From contig JAFGOI010000004.1 in assembly GCA_016926555.1 (NCBI GenBank), positions 64,776-128,775 of the forward strand: a stretch of DNA of 64,000 bases, in the 5' to 3' direction. The position numbers were made by a program, and so were the translations under genes. The notes under the pieces were generated by a model. The model did not search any database. It was given only the letters and a program-made list of their open reading frames with translations, and was not told where the DNA came from. This document shows, one piece after another, positions 30,161 through 40,184 of the stretch (position 1 is its first letter; every line of letters begins with the position of its first letter). The DNA is from Patescibacteria group bacterium (lineage in GTDB: Bacteria > Patescibacteriota > WWE3 > UBA101185 > UBA10185).

Positions 30161-30559
30161 ATGAGTATTGATTTGTTGTCAAATATGGTGAGTGCGTTGA
30201 AGAACGCTTCAAAAGTTGGAATAAATCACATTGAGATGCCACATTCGAAAATGTGTGAGGATGTTGCGAAAGTGCTAAAGCAAAAGGGGTTTTTGACTGG
30301 TGTTAAGGCTTTCAAAGTAACGGGAAAGTCGCATAAAAAACTTGGTTTGGATTTAACGTACAAAGATGGAAACTGCCTTATAAAAAATACTAAAAGGATC
30401 TCAAAGCCTGGAAGAAGAATTTACAGATCTGCAAACGAGTTGTGTTCAGTAAAGGGAGGAAAAGGGGTTTTAGTTGTTTCAACTTCAAGGGGGGTTATGG
30501 ATGGTTTTGATGCCCGTAAGAAGAAACTTGGGGGGGAACTTGTTTGTGAGGTTTATTAA
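30161..30559 (+). CDS. rpsH: 30S ribosomal protein S8
   Basis: 'DLLSNMVSALKNASKVGINHIEMPHSKM...' and C-terminal 'GVMDGFDARKKKLGGELVCEVY'. Confidence 0.95.
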   Translation: MSIDLLSNMVSALKNASKVGINHIEMPHSKMCEDVAKVLKQKGFLTGVKAFKVTGKSHKKLGLDLTYKDGNCLIKNTKRISKPGRRIYRSANELCSVKGGKGVLVVSTSRGVMDGFDARKKKLGGELVCEVY

Positions 30560-30561
30560 TT

Positions 30562-31110
30562 ATGTCGAGATTAGGGCTTAAACCAATTGTTATACCTGAG
30601 AATGTAAAAGTTGCTATTAACGGTAGTGAAGTTATGGTTGAGGGTCCCAAAGGATCTTTAGCATTGAGTGTGAGGCCAGAAATTGGTGTCGAAGTAGTAG
30701 AGGGAAGTGTAAAAACTTTTATAAAGCAGGAGACAAAAAAGACTTCTGGCTATTGGGGTTTAACTAGATCGTTGATAGCAAATATGGTTACGGGAGTTAT
30801 TGACGGATACGAGAAGAGGTTAGAACTTGTTGGTGTTGGCTATAGAGCTAAACAAGATAGTCCCGATAGTATTACTATAACGGCAGGATTTTCGCACCCC
30901 GTTGAATTTAAAATTCCTGAAGGTGTGAAAGTTACAGTTGTTGATAATCAACATATAACGGTTTCAGGTATTGATAAGCATTTGGTTGGTTTAACAGCTT
31001 CGAGAATTCGCAAGATAAGAAAACCCGAGCCATATAAGGGGAAAGGTATCCGTTATGAGGGCGAAGTTGTGAGAAGAAAACCGGGTAAGGCGGGTAAAGC
31101 CGTGGGATAA
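30562..31110 (+). CDS. rplF: 50S ribosomal protein L6
   Basis: '[33 protein letters not shown]...[22 protein letters not shown]'. Confidence 0.95.
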   Translation: MSRLGLKPIVIPENVKVAINGSEVMVEGPKGSLALSVRPEIGVEVVEGSVKTFIKQETKKTSGYWGLTRSLIANMVTGVIDGYEKRLELVGVGYRAKQDSPDSITITAGFSHPVEFKIPEGVKVTVVDNQHITVSGIDKHLVGLTASRIRKIRKPEPYKGKGIRYEGEVVRRKPGKAGKAVG

Positions 31111-31112
31111 TT

Positions 31113-31472
31113 ATGTATAAAGTAACATTGAGAAAAAATAATAGGGAAAAAAGAAAACTGAGAGTAAGGAAAAAGATTGTCGGTACTTCCGAAAGACCTA
31201 GACTCTCTATATTCAGATCTAATAAATACATATATTGTCAGTTAATTGATGATGTTGAAGGGATTACATTGACGAGTGTTAACAAGGAAGTGTCGGATTT
31301 GCATAAGGGTAAGAACAAAATTGAAGCAGCTTATGAGGTGGGAAAATTGATAGCTAAAAAAGCTTTAGAAAAGGGAATAAAACAAGTTGTGTTTGATAGG
31401 AATGGTTATAGATATCATGGTAGAGTAAAGAGTTTAGCGGATGGTGCTAGAGAAGGAGGAGTAGTTCTATGA
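31113..31472 (+). CDS. rplR: 50S ribosomal protein L18
   Basis: '[20 protein letters not shown]...[25 protein letters not shown]'. Confidence 0.9.
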   Translation: MYKVTLRKNNREKRKLRVRKKIVGTSERPRLSIFRSNKYIYCQLIDDVEGITLTSVNKEVSDLHKGKNKIEAAYEVGKLIAKKALEKGIKQVVFDRNGYRYHGRVKSLADGAREGGVVL

Positions 31473-31933
31473 GTGCAAGAGAGATATCGGTAGGTACAAA
31501 AATAAATGAGTTTGAGGAAAAAGTGTTGGAGATACGAAGGGTTTCAAAAAAGACAAAGGGGGGCAACCAAATAGGTTTTACTGCACTGGTTGTGGTTGGA
31601 AATAGAAATGGGGTGGTCGGCACCGGTTACGGTAAAGCTAAAAGTGTAGTCGATGCTATTAGTAAGGCTGTCTCACGGGCGAAAGAGAATGTTGTAGAAG
31701 TTTCCATAAATGATAATACTATTTCGAGAGACGTTAGTGCTAAGTATGGAGCTGCAGAAGTGATGCTAAAGCCCGCGTCAAAAGGTACCGGAATTATTGC
31801 TGGTGGATCTGTTAGAACGGTTGTTGAATTAGCCGGTATTAAAGATATTTCGTCAAAAATGTTGGGGACAAGCAATAAAATTGGAAATGTAAGGTGTACG
31901 ATAAAAGCATTGGAGAAACTAAGGAGTAAATAA
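31469..31933 (+). CDS. rpsE: 30S ribosomal protein S5
   Basis: '[45 protein letters not shown]'. Confidence 0.95.
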   Translation: MSAREISVGTKINEFEEKVLEIRRVSKKTKGGNQIGFTALVVVGNRNGVVGTGYGKAKSVVDAISKAVSRAKENVVEVSINDNTISRDVSAKYGAAEVMLKPASKGTGIIAGGSVRTVVELAGIKDISSKMLGTSNKIGNVRCTIKALEKLRSK

Positions 31934-32367
31934 TGAGTATACATAAGTATTTGACAAAAAAACTGCATGGTAAGAAGAAAAGGATCGGGCGAGGCTACGG
32001 TTCATGTAAGGGTGGCCATACAGTAGGGAGAGGAGCGAAAGGTCAAAAGGCTCGTTCTAAAGTTCCTTCTGGATTCGAGGGGGGGCAGATTCCTCTATAT
32101 AAGAAAATACCTCAAATCGGGGGATTTAGTAATCCTACAAGAAAGAGAATTGCAGCGGTAACAGTAGACAGATTGAATGCATTTGATGCTGGAAGCGAAG
32201 TTACACCGGATTTGCTTGTTGAGAAGGGTATCCTTAAAAAATTACCAAAGCACGGTGTGAAACTTCTCGCCAAGGGAAAACTAGAGAAAAAGATATCTCT
32301 TAAGGGATTTTCTTATTCTAAAGGCGCGGAAAAGCTTATTAAGGATTCAGGGTCAAAAGTGGTTTAA
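31933..32367 (+). CDS. rplO: 50S ribosomal protein L15 (follows rpsE directly; no L30 gene in between)
   Basis: 'GRGYGSCKGGHTVGRGAKGQKARS'. Confidence 0.9.
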   Translation: MSIHKYLTKKLHGKKKRIGRGYGSCKGGHTVGRGAKGQKARSKVPSGFEGGQIPLYKKIPQIGGFSNPTRKRIAAVTVDRLNAFDAGSEVTPDLLVEKGILKKLPKHGVKLLAKGKLEKKISLKGFSYSKGAEKLIKDSGSKVV

Positions 32368-32386
32368 AGTATATTGATACTAGAAT

Positions 32387-33646
32387 ATGATAAAGATTTT
32401 TAGATATCCTACATTGAGGAAAAAGATAATATTTAGTTTACTTATTATTATTGCCTTTAGATTATTAGCCCACATACCCGCGCCCGGTGTAGATCTTCCT
32501 GCTATAAGAGCGTTCTTGGAGAGAAGTGTGTTGTTCGGTATGTATGATCTTTTCAGCGGCGGTGGCTTCCAAAATTTTTCTATTGTTACGTTAGGTTTGG
32601 GACCATATATAAATGTTTCAATAATTATTCAGATGTTGACTTTTATGATACCTGCATTGGAAGAACTTCAAAAAGAAGGAGAATACGGACGGGAGAAAAT
32701 GAATACTTATACAAAGATATTTACATTACCGGTTGGTTTGTTGCAGGCTTATGGTATATACTTCTTGCTTAATAGACAGGGTGTAATTCCTCCTTTGAGT
32801 TTCTTTGAACTTAGTATCTTATTACTTACATTAACCGCAGGTACTATGTTGTTAGTTTGGATCGGAGATTTAGTTTCTGAGTATGGAATTGGTAATGGTA
32901 CGTCTCTTCTAATTTTTGTAGGAATTATAAGCAGGCTTCCTACAGCTATGCTTGGTTTTGTAACTGGAATCACGTCTGATAATCTGGTTAACATAATAGT
33001 GTTTGTTTTGCTCGCACTAGTAGTGATTGCTAGTGTTGTGGTGGTTAACGAAGGTACACGAAATATTACTATAGAATATGGCAGGCGTGGAACAAGATCA
33101 CAAAAAGTAACTAACTTTCTTCCTTTAAAAATTAACCAAGTGGGGGTAATTCCGATTATATTTGCCGTATCTATTGTCATGATACCTTCCCTAGTTAGTG
33201 GGCCTCTTATGGCAGTAGAGAATCCGTTTTTGCAGGGTGTGGGCGTTTTTTTGAACAATCAGTTTAACGGAAATGCGCTAACTTATAACTTGCTTTATTT
33301 TTTGCTAGTTGTCGGTTTTACCTATTTTTATACTTCAATTCAGTTTGATCCAGAGAAAATTGCCGATGACATTAAGAAAAGAGGAGGATTTATACCCGGG
33401 ATTCGTCCGGGCAGTGCCACGTCAAGATATCTTAAAAAGATAGTAACTAGAATTACACTTCCGGGGGCAGTATTTCTAGGAATTATTGCTATACTCCCAT
33501 TTTTGGTGCAGGCGTTTATAGGTGTCTCCAGTGCTATGACTATAGGCGGAACAGGATTGCTTATTACAGTTTCGGTTATTTTGGAAACAGTTAGGCAAAT
33601 TGACTCTCAGATGGTCACTCAGAGCTATGAGAGCTTTTTGAGGTAG
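32387..33646 (+). CDS. secY: Preprotein translocase subunit SecY
   Basis: 10-TM topology; 'ALEELQKEGEYGREKMNTYTKIFTLPVGLLQAYGI' and 'GGFIPGIRPGSATSRYL'. Confidence 0.95.
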   Translation: MIKIFRYPTLRKKIIFSLLIIIAFRLLAHIPAPGVDLPAIRAFLERSVLFGMYDLFSGGGFQNFSIVTLGLGPYINVSIIIQMLTFMIPALEELQKEGEYGREKMNTYTKIFTLPVGLLQAYGIYFLLNRQGVIPPLSFFELSILLLTLTAGTMLLVWIGDLVSEYGIGNGTSLLIFVGIISRLPTAMLGFVTGITSDNLVNIIVFVLLALVVIASVVVVNEGTRNITIEYGRRGTRSQKVTNFLPLKINQVGVIPIIFAVSIVMIPSLVSGPLMAVENPFLQGVGVFLNNQFNGNALTYNLLYFLLVVGFTYFYTSIQFDPEKIADDIKKRGGFIPGIRPGSATSRYLKKIVTRITLPGAVFLGIIAILPFLVQAFIGVSSAMTIGGTGLLITVSVILETVRQIDSQMVTQSYESFLR

Positions 33647-33655
33647 AATATATAT

Positions 33656-33922
33656 ATGTTTGATAAAATAAAGGACCTTAATAATTTTAGGAAAGCCCAG
33701 TCTGAAATAAAAAAACAACTTGAACAGATGTTTCATTCTGAGGAGAAAAGGGGGACAAAAGTGATTGTGAGAGGCGATAAAAGGATTGAAAAGATAGAAA
33801 TAGATGGGGAAGAGGATAAAGAGTTGAAAGATTTGATTAACGATGCAATGAAGAAAATGGATAAAAAAGCTGAAAAACAGCTCCGAGGAAAATTAAAAGG
33901 ATTAGGACTGCCCGATTTATGA
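33656..33922 (+). CDS. YbaB/EbfC-like nucleoid-associated protein
   Basis: 88 aa with the coiled N-terminus 'NFRKAQSEIKKQLEQM', central 'KVIVRGDKRIEKIEIDGE...ELKDLINDAMKKMDKKAE' and C-terminal 'GLGLPDL', matching the YbaB family layout; 4-nt overlap with adk. Confidence 0.5.
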   Translation: MFDKIKDLNNFRKAQSEIKKQLEQMFHSEEKRGTKVIVRGDKRIEKIEIDGEEDKELKDLINDAMKKMDKKAEKQLRGKLKGLGLPDL

Positions 33923-34539
33923 AGATTCTCGTCATGGGACCACAAGCTAGTGGTAAAGGAACCATCGGAAGAATGTTAAGTGAAAAACTTAAATTCCCCT
34001 TGATATCTATCGGAGATATTCTGCGCCACTTACCAAAAAGCCACCCAAGATACAAAGAAGTTAACGAGTTGATGGAGAAAGGTGAGTTAGCCCCGCAGGA
34101 TCTAATTGCTGAATTGCTCGAGTACAGGTTGGCACAAGCTGATTGTTACAAGGGTTATATACTTGATGGTTGGTATAGAGCTATGGAAAATGTAAGACTC
34201 TTGGATGTAGAACCGGATGTAGTTATAGTCTTAGAGATATCTGAGGAAACAACTATAAGAAGGATTAGTGGCCGTAGAACTTGCACGTCAGATGGAGAAA
34301 TTTATAACATCTATACTCTTCCGAAAGAAGAACTGGAGGAATGTGAAGGGGAATTAGTGCAAAGAGAGGATGATACCGAAGAGGCTGTTAAAAAAAGACT
34401 TAGTATATACAACACGGAAACCAAGGAAGTAGTAGAATACTTAAAGAACAGAGGAACTAACGTTAGAGAAGTGAATGCCGAGGGCCCGCCTGAGGAAGTA
34501 TTTGAAGCTGTTATGAAAGTTTTGAACCCTATTATATAA
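33919..34539 (+). CDS. adk: Adenylate kinase
   Basis: P-loop 'MKILVMGPQASGKGT'; 'ILDGWYR'; LID region 'GRRTCTSDGEIYNIY'. Confidence 0.92.
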   Translation: MKILVMGPQASGKGTIGRMLSEKLKFPLISIGDILRHLPKSHPRYKEVNELMEKGELAPQDLIAELLEYRLAQADCYKGYILDGWYRAMENVRLLDVEPDVVIVLEISEETTIRRISGRRTCTSDGEIYNIYTLPKEELEECEGELVQREDDTEEAVKKRLSIYNTETKEVVEYLKNRGTNVREVNAEGPPEEVFEAVMKVLNPII

Positions 34540-34547
34540 TTTGTTGG

Positions 34548-35516
34548 ATGAGTACCCTTACAGCATTGCCTTTGGAAAATGATATAAGTAGCCAGGAAGT
34601 TGGTGAAAACCCAATTGAGAAGTATCAGTTTATTTATCACTTTTTACCGCACCCTCACTATAAAAAAAGAGCGAGCTTGCTCTCGCACCATGCATTTGTG
34701 CTGTATTGCGGGTTAATGATTGTTTTTATGGGTGCGTTCAAAATAGTACCCAAGTTTTTCCCTGGAGTTTTAGGGTATGCCTCGGATATAACAGTCAATG
34801 AGCTGTTTAAATTGACCAATGAGAAGAGAGTGGGAGCCGGTTACCGCGAATTAAGGCTTAGTCCCGCGTTATCTAGGGCAGCGGAAAAAAAAGCAGTTAA
34901 TATGTTCGAAAAAGACTATTGGGCACATGTGGCCCCGGACGGAACAGAACCGTGGTCCTTTGTACTTGCCGAAGATTACGATTATCTATATGCAGGTGAA
35001 AACCTCGCAAAAAACTTTTACACATCTGAGGATGTTGTAGAAGCGTGGTTAAATTCACCTTCTCATCGGGACAATTTATTAAGCTCTAATTACGACGAAA
35101 TTGGTTTCGCGGTTGTTAACGGGGTTTTGGAAGGATATGAAACTACGTTGGTAGTTCAGTTTTTCGGAAAGTCCAGATTTCCTGCGCAGAAAGCATCAGT
35201 AGCTACAGAAGAGGCTTTGCTTGAAGAATATGAAACTGCGAATACATACAGCCCCACACCTCAAGTGGAAGCAAAACAAGTTGAGTATCCGGCGACAAAC
35301 ACGGAAGTTCTTCCATTAGTAGATGTATCTTATGCTGCCAAAGGTATTAGCATAAGTATCGCAGTATTTGTGAGCTTGTTGCTTATAGCTGATATTTGGT
35401 ACTCAAAGAAGAAAGGGATATTAAAGTTGAATGGGCATACTTTATCTCACTTGATTTTGTTGATAGCAGTAATTATTAGTGTTTGGTTTGTTCTTCAACC
35501 GGGAGTTATATTATGA
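34548..35516 (+). CDS. CAP/SCP (PR-1-like) domain membrane-anchored protein
   Basis: CAP motifs 'YAGENLAKN' and 'EAWLNSPSHRDNLLSSNYDEIGFAV'; N-terminal TM and C-terminal TM anchor. Confidence 0.6.
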   Translation: MSTLTALPLENDISSQEVGENPIEKYQFIYHFLPHPHYKKRASLLSHHAFVLYCGLMIVFMGAFKIVPKFFPGVLGYASDITVNELFKLTNEKRVGAGYRELRLSPALSRAAEKKAVNMFEKDYWAHVAPDGTEPWSFVLAEDYDYLYAGENLAKNFYTSEDVVEAWLNSPSHRDNLLSSNYDEIGFAVVNGVLEGYETTLVVQFFGKSRFPAQKASVATEEALLEEYETANTYSPTPQVEAKQVEYPATNTEVLPLVDVSYAAKGISISIAVFVSLLLIADIWYSKKKGILKLNGHTLSHLILLIAVIISVWFVLQPGVIL

Positions 35517-35770
35517 GCGAGCATGAAAGGCATAAAATTGAATATATAGTATTAGCGTCAATTATGCTTTTATTTCTCTATCTGTTCTTACACTTCAGAT
35601 ATGACAGAAGTATGTTAAAATTGTTATCCGGGTTTGTATCTGTTGTATACGTTTTCTGGGGAGTAATTCACCATAAGCTTGAGGGTAGATATACGAAATT
35701 GATACTACTTGAGTATTTTATGTACGGAACATTTGTTTTCTTGCTTTTAATGACTGCTCTAAGTATCTAA
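35513..35770 (+). CDS. Small hypothetical two-TM membrane protein
   Basis: ATG at 35513 overlaps the previous stop (ATGA): 'MSEHERHKIEYIVLASIMLLFLYLFLHF...'; no recognisable family. Confidence 0.4.
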   Translation: MSEHERHKIEYIVLASIMLLFLYLFLHFRYDRSMLKLLSGFVSVVYVFWGVIHHKLEGRYTKLILLEYFMYGTFVFLLLMTALSI

Positions 35771-35774
35771 TATT

Positions 35775-36896
35775 ATGAAGTTCGTATTAGTTATTCCGAC
35801 TTATAATGAGGCGGAAAATATAGGAAAACTTATTGATGCTCTGTCTAGAGTATTCCAAGAGATGCCTGAGAGCGAGTTTGAAGTACTTGTTGTGGAAGGG
35901 AATTCTCCCGATGGCACCTCAGATGTAGTGAAGAAAAAGCAGAAAGAATATAAGTTTGTGCATTTGCTAATGGAGGAGGAAAAGGCTGGTTTAGGTGCAG
36001 CTTATATATATGGGTTTAAGTACGCAATGAAAAATCTTAATCCGGATGTGCTGATAGAAATGGATGCCGATTTCCAACACGATCCCAAAGATTTATGTAA
36101 GTTAGTTGAAGCTATGATGGAGGGCAATGACAGTGTAATAGGTTCCCGTTATATAAAGGGCGGAAGTATTCCGTCAGAGTGGGCATTTTATAGAAAGTTT
36201 TTTAGTGTTGTAGGCAATTGGGTTGTGAAAATAATATTGGGGATATACGACGTGAATGATTTCACAACGGGTTTTAAGGCAACAAGAGTAAAAGGACTTT
36301 TGGATAAAATAAACCTCGATACAGTGTTGTCTTCTGGATTCTCATACAAAATTGATCTTCTTTACAAATTGCGCAAAATGGGCGCAAAAATAAAGGAGGT
36401 TCCCATAAAATTCGGATTACGCAATAGAGGCGACTCGAAAATGGAGCAGGATAACGCAATAGATACACTGCGTATTATTTTGTATTTGAGATATAAAGAC
36501 AGTGAGTCTTTTATCAGATTTTGTGTTGTAGGTTTTGTAGGTTTCTTCACGGATATGGGAATAGCTAATGTTTTATATTCGTTCTCATTTTTTCCCCCAA
36601 ACGTTTCAGCTACAACTTCTGCATTAATTGCTACATTTGTCACGTACTACTTAAATAATATGTGGTCCTTTTCGGATAGAAAGATAGTGGATTTCAGGAA
36701 GACGCTTAAGAGTTTGGTTGTATACTATGTTTCATCATCTGTCCCTATAATATTCAGATTCTGGTTTGTTGCGTATATTACAGGTCAGTTCGCCGACAAT
36801 TTCGCTTTATACAATTTCTCGATTCTTGTGAGTATAATTATTGGACTTGTGTGGAACTACACCATTTATAGTAAAATTATATGGCGTCGTAGTTGA
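35775..36896 (+). CDS. GT2 polyprenyl-phosphate glycosyltransferase (DPM1/GtrB-like) fused to a GtrA-family membrane domain
   Basis: 'KFVLVIPTYNEAENI...VLVVEGNSPDGTSDV...EMDADFQHDPKD' (DxD); C-terminal 4-TM 'FIRFCVVGFVGFFTDMGIANVLY...' GtrA-like. Confidence 0.75.
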   Translation: MKFVLVIPTYNEAENIGKLIDALSRVFQEMPESEFEVLVVEGNSPDGTSDVVKKKQKEYKFVHLLMEEEKAGLGAAYIYGFKYAMKNLNPDVLIEMDADFQHDPKDLCKLVEAMMEGNDSVIGSRYIKGGSIPSEWAFYRKFFSVVGNWVVKIILGIYDVNDFTTGFKATRVKGLLDKINLDTVLSSGFSYKIDLLYKLRKMGAKIKEVPIKFGLRNRGDSKMEQDNAIDTLRIILYLRYKDSESFIRFCVVGFVGFFTDMGIANVLYSFSFFPPNVSATTSALIATFVTYYLNNMWSFSDRKIVDFRKTLKSLVVYYVSSSVPIIFRFWFVAYITGQFADNFALYNFSILVSIIIGLVWNYTIYSKIIWRRS

Positions 36897-37663
36897 AAAT
36901 TATGGAATACTCAATTGTTATACCAGCTTATAATGAAGCTGACAGAATAGCTGCTACTATTACTCAGATAACCACATTCATGCGGACTTTTTCTGATGCG
37001 TATGAGGTTATAGTTGTGGATGACGGCAGTGTAGATAATACGGCTGATATTGTAGAAGATTATAGTAGAGAAAATCGGGATGTTAAAGTAATAAGAAACC
37101 CCCATAAAGGCAAAGGACCCTCTGTGTGGAAGGGTGTGATGTCATCAAGCGGAAAGTATATATACATGTGTGATACCGATTTAGCCGCGCCCATTTCCGA
37201 GCTCAAAAAGTTATCAGTGTGGTTGATAGATCAGGACTATGACATAGTAATCGCGTCGAGAGAAGGGGTAGGTGCTGAGAGAATTGGAGAGCCCTTTTAT
37301 AGGCACTTAATGGGCAGAGTTTTTAATTATGTAGTTCAATTACTTGCACTACCCGGTATAAAAGATAGTCAGTGCGGCTTCAAACTTTTTAAAGCAGAAG
37401 TGGCCATGGATATATTCTCACGATTAAAAATATATGGGGATAACGCCCCTTTACAAAAGAAGGCTTATCTAGGAGCTTTTGATGTCGAGGTTTTATATTT
37501 GGCTAAAAAGATGGGTTTGAGAGTTAAAGCGGTTCCTGTAACTTGGACTTATGTAAAAACAACTAGGCTAAACCCGATTTTGGATTCCATTAAGATGCCT
37601 TTAGATGTGCTTAAAATTAGAGTCAATGACTTAAAGGGTTTATATAATACTGCTCCGAAGTAG
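36893..37663 (+). CDS. GT2 polyprenyl-phosphate sugar synthase-like glycosyltransferase
   Basis: 'YSIVIPAYNEADRI...EVIVVDDGSVDNTADIV...YMCDTDLAAPISEL'. Confidence 0.75.
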   Translation: MKIMEYSIVIPAYNEADRIAATITQITTFMRTFSDAYEVIVVDDGSVDNTADIVEDYSRENRDVKVIRNPHKGKGPSVWKGVMSSSGKYIYMCDTDLAAPISELKKLSVWLIDQDYDIVIASREGVGAERIGEPFYRHLMGRVFNYVVQLLALPGIKDSQCGFKLFKAEVAMDIFSRLKIYGDNAPLQKKAYLGAFDVEVLYLAKKMGLRVKAVPVTWTYVKTTRLNPILDSIKMPLDVLKIRVNDLKGLYNTAPK

Positions 37664-37712
37664 TTAATTTTAGTTTAAACAGATAGTAAGTATTACTCAA
37701 AAGTTTTATTAG

Positions 37713-38960
37713 GTGATGGAGAATAACAGTAAAAAGAATGTACTAATTTTCATACCTGAATTTCCCGGGTTATCTGAGACCTTTATTGAAAGAGAGGTGG
37801 CAAAACTCGTTGAATGGGGGAACATGAATATACAAGTGTATTCCCTTAAAAGGGGAGCAGGAGCCACGTCTGAGAAAGTTATAGAAAAAATCAGGTATCA
37901 CCGTCTAAATATATCTAATTTATTGTTTCTTCCGGTTTTTTTGTTATTTAGGCTGGGAAAAGTTCGCGAGGCTTATAAACTAGTTAAAATAAATCCCAAT
38001 AGGAAATTTATGGGCAACTTGTTTTTGTTTATCAAAGCTCTTGGATATGCCCGACTTTTTAAAAGTTTTAAACCTGATGTTATATATGCGAATTTTATGT
38101 CTGAACCCTCTACAATCTGTTTGATTGCGAGTGAGGTGCTTGGTACTGATTTTGCGATTTCCGCACATGCAAAAGATGTATTAGTCACAGAGCACACAAA
38201 AGTTGATGAAAATGCGGAGTTGGTAGCAAATAAAGTTAAGAAAGCTAAGTTTGTTTCTATATGCAATAAGTATGCTTACGAGGCTGCATTAAGGCAAAGT
38301 GATAAAGAAGATCATAAAAAAGTACATTTGATTTATCATGGGTTGGATTTTAAAAGTATAGAGAACTTTAAGTCTGGAGATTTAGAAAAACCGGATGTAT
38401 CTATGATTTTTACTAATGGGCGCTTCGTGGAGAAGAAAGGGCATAAATATCTAATTGAGGCTTCAAGGATTTTAAAGGATAGAGGATTTTCTCATGTAGT
38501 GTATTTATTAGGGGCTCCGGGGAGTTACTATCAGGAAACTGTTGACTATATAGAAAAGTTGGACGTAGTCTCTACAGTGAAAGTAATCGGAGAGGGAGAA
38601 GGGTTGCCTTTTGAGAAGGTAGTGGCTTACTACCGAATTGCGGATGTATTTGCTTATCCTTCCATAAATACTGAAATTGGGGATGCGGATGGTATAGCTA
38701 ACACACTTATTGAAGCCTGCGCTTTTAGGCTACCTATAGTCACGACAGATGCTGGGAGCATCTCCGAGCTTATAAAAAATGAGGAAACCGGTTTAGTAGT
38801 CCCCCAGGAAAATTCGTATGAGTTAGCTAATGCGTTAGAAAAACTAATTGTGGACAAAGAGTATGCCGCTAATCTAGCTAACAATGCCTATGAAAAAGCG
38901 GTTTCTATGTTTGATATCAATAGGAATGTTGGGGAAGTACAAAGGCTACTAATTTCCTAG
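37713..38960 (+). CDS. GT4 (GT-B fold) glycosyltransferase
   Basis: C-terminal 'EGLPFEKVVAYYRIADVFAYPS...EACAFRLPIVTTDAGSISELI' E-x7-E-like region. Confidence 0.7.
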   Translation: MMENNSKKNVLIFIPEFPGLSETFIEREVAKLVEWGNMNIQVYSLKRGAGATSEKVIEKIRYHRLNISNLLFLPVFLLFRLGKVREAYKLVKINPNRKFMGNLFLFIKALGYARLFKSFKPDVIYANFMSEPSTICLIASEVLGTDFAISAHAKDVLVTEHTKVDENAELVANKVKKAKFVSICNKYAYEAALRQSDKEDHKKVHLIYHGLDFKSIENFKSGDLEKPDVSMIFTNGRFVEKKGHKYLIEASRILKDRGFSHVVYLLGAPGSYYQETVDYIEKLDVVSTVKVIGEGEGLPFEKVVAYYRIADVFAYPSINTEIGDADGIANTLIEACAFRLPIVTTDAGSISELIKNEETGLVVPQENSYELANALEKLIVDKEYAANLANNAYEKAVSMFDINRNVGEVQRLLIS

Positions 38961-38993
38961 ATTTATAAACGTTACTAATATAATGTAAAATGA

Positions 38994-40184
38994 TTGTGTA
39001 TGCGAGTTGCAGTTTTTATTAAAAGGACTACTTTTCACGATGGATTTGGTGGAATGGAGACTCAGAATAAAGTTTTATGTGAAGGTTTAATGAAAAAGGG
39101 TTTCGAAGTAGTTGTATTTTCGCCTAGTAGAGAACTTGAGAAAACCGAGGAGAAAGAAAACGGTGTGAGGTATATTTTTGTTAAAAGTGTGTATAGAACT
39201 TTGTTTTCCAGATCAAATAAAAATAACTGGTTCAGTAAATCCGTTGAAGCATTCGCGGCAGAACATACTAAGAATCCGTTTGATATAGTAATAAGTCAAA
39301 GTGTGTCCGGAGTTGGTGTGATACTTAGGAAGACTGAGTTTGGTGTCAAGGTTATATCAGTTTCACATGGAAGTATTATAAGCGAGATTAAAACCCGTTT
39401 ATCCAATATTTCCGATTTAAAGTCTGTAGTCCAGCTATTGCCGGATCTCCTTTTCAGTTTGTATATATTTTTCGGCAGACAGCGTGATTTTATACACGGA
39501 TCCGATTTAGTGGTGTGTGTTTCTTCTCATATAAAAAAAGCGTTAAAAGATGAGACTTTTGCCTCAGATGAGAAATTTACGGTCATAAATAACGGTATAT
39601 CCGTAGAAGGTTTTGCGGGTGCAGAGTTGTCTTCTACTGAACAACAAGTATCCCTTTTGTATGTGGGCAGACTTGAAAAAGAAAAAGGTACAGACCTCTT
39701 TCTTGATATAGCAAAGGATGCAAGATTTGACGGATTAACTCTCGATGTTTTTGGAACGGGTCCTCAGGAAGATTTTTTAAGGGAAAACCTCCAAAACAAA
39801 AGTACTCCTTTGCGCGTTAATATACATGGCCGGGTTCCGTATGATGAAGTTCTTAAAGAATATAGACCAGGAAGGGTTTTTATACTTCCCTCCTCCAGAG
39901 TTGAGGGGTTTCCCATGGTCTTGGCTGAAGCTATGTATGGGGGCTGTGTGGTTGTGTCTTACAATGTTGGAGGGGTATCTGACGCGGTTATAGATAATTC
40001 TACAGGTATATTAGTAGAACCTGGAAACTCAAGTCAGTTTATTAACAAGGTTTATAATATAATTGAAGATACAAATTTACGTAATACCTTGAGTAAAAAT
40101 GCGAAGGAAAAAGCTCAGAATGATTTAACTTCTGAGAAAATGGTTGAGAATTATGTAAAGTGTATAAATAAGTTAGTGAAATGA
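38994..40184 (+). CDS. GT4 glycosyltransferase
   Basis: 'GRLEKEKGTDLFL...FILPSSRVEGFPMVLAEAMYGGCVVVSYNVGGVSDAVID'. Confidence 0.75.
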   Translation: MCMRVAVFIKRTTFHDGFGGMETQNKVLCEGLMKKGFEVVVFSPSRELEKTEEKENGVRYIFVKSVYRTLFSRSNKNNWFSKSVEAFAAEHTKNPFDIVISQSVSGVGVILRKTEFGVKVISVSHGSIISEIKTRLSNISDLKSVVQLLPDLLFSLYIFFGRQRDFIHGSDLVVCVSSHIKKALKDETFASDEKFTVINNGISVEGFAGAELSSTEQQVSLLYVGRLEKEKGTDLFLDIAKDARFDGLTLDVFGTGPQEDFLRENLQNKSTPLRVNIHGRVPYDEVLKEYRPGRVFILPSSRVEGFPMVLAEAMYGGCVVVSYNVGGVSDAVIDNSTGILVEPGNSSQFINKVYNIIEDTNLRNTLSKNAKEKAQNDLTSEKMVENYVKCINKLVK

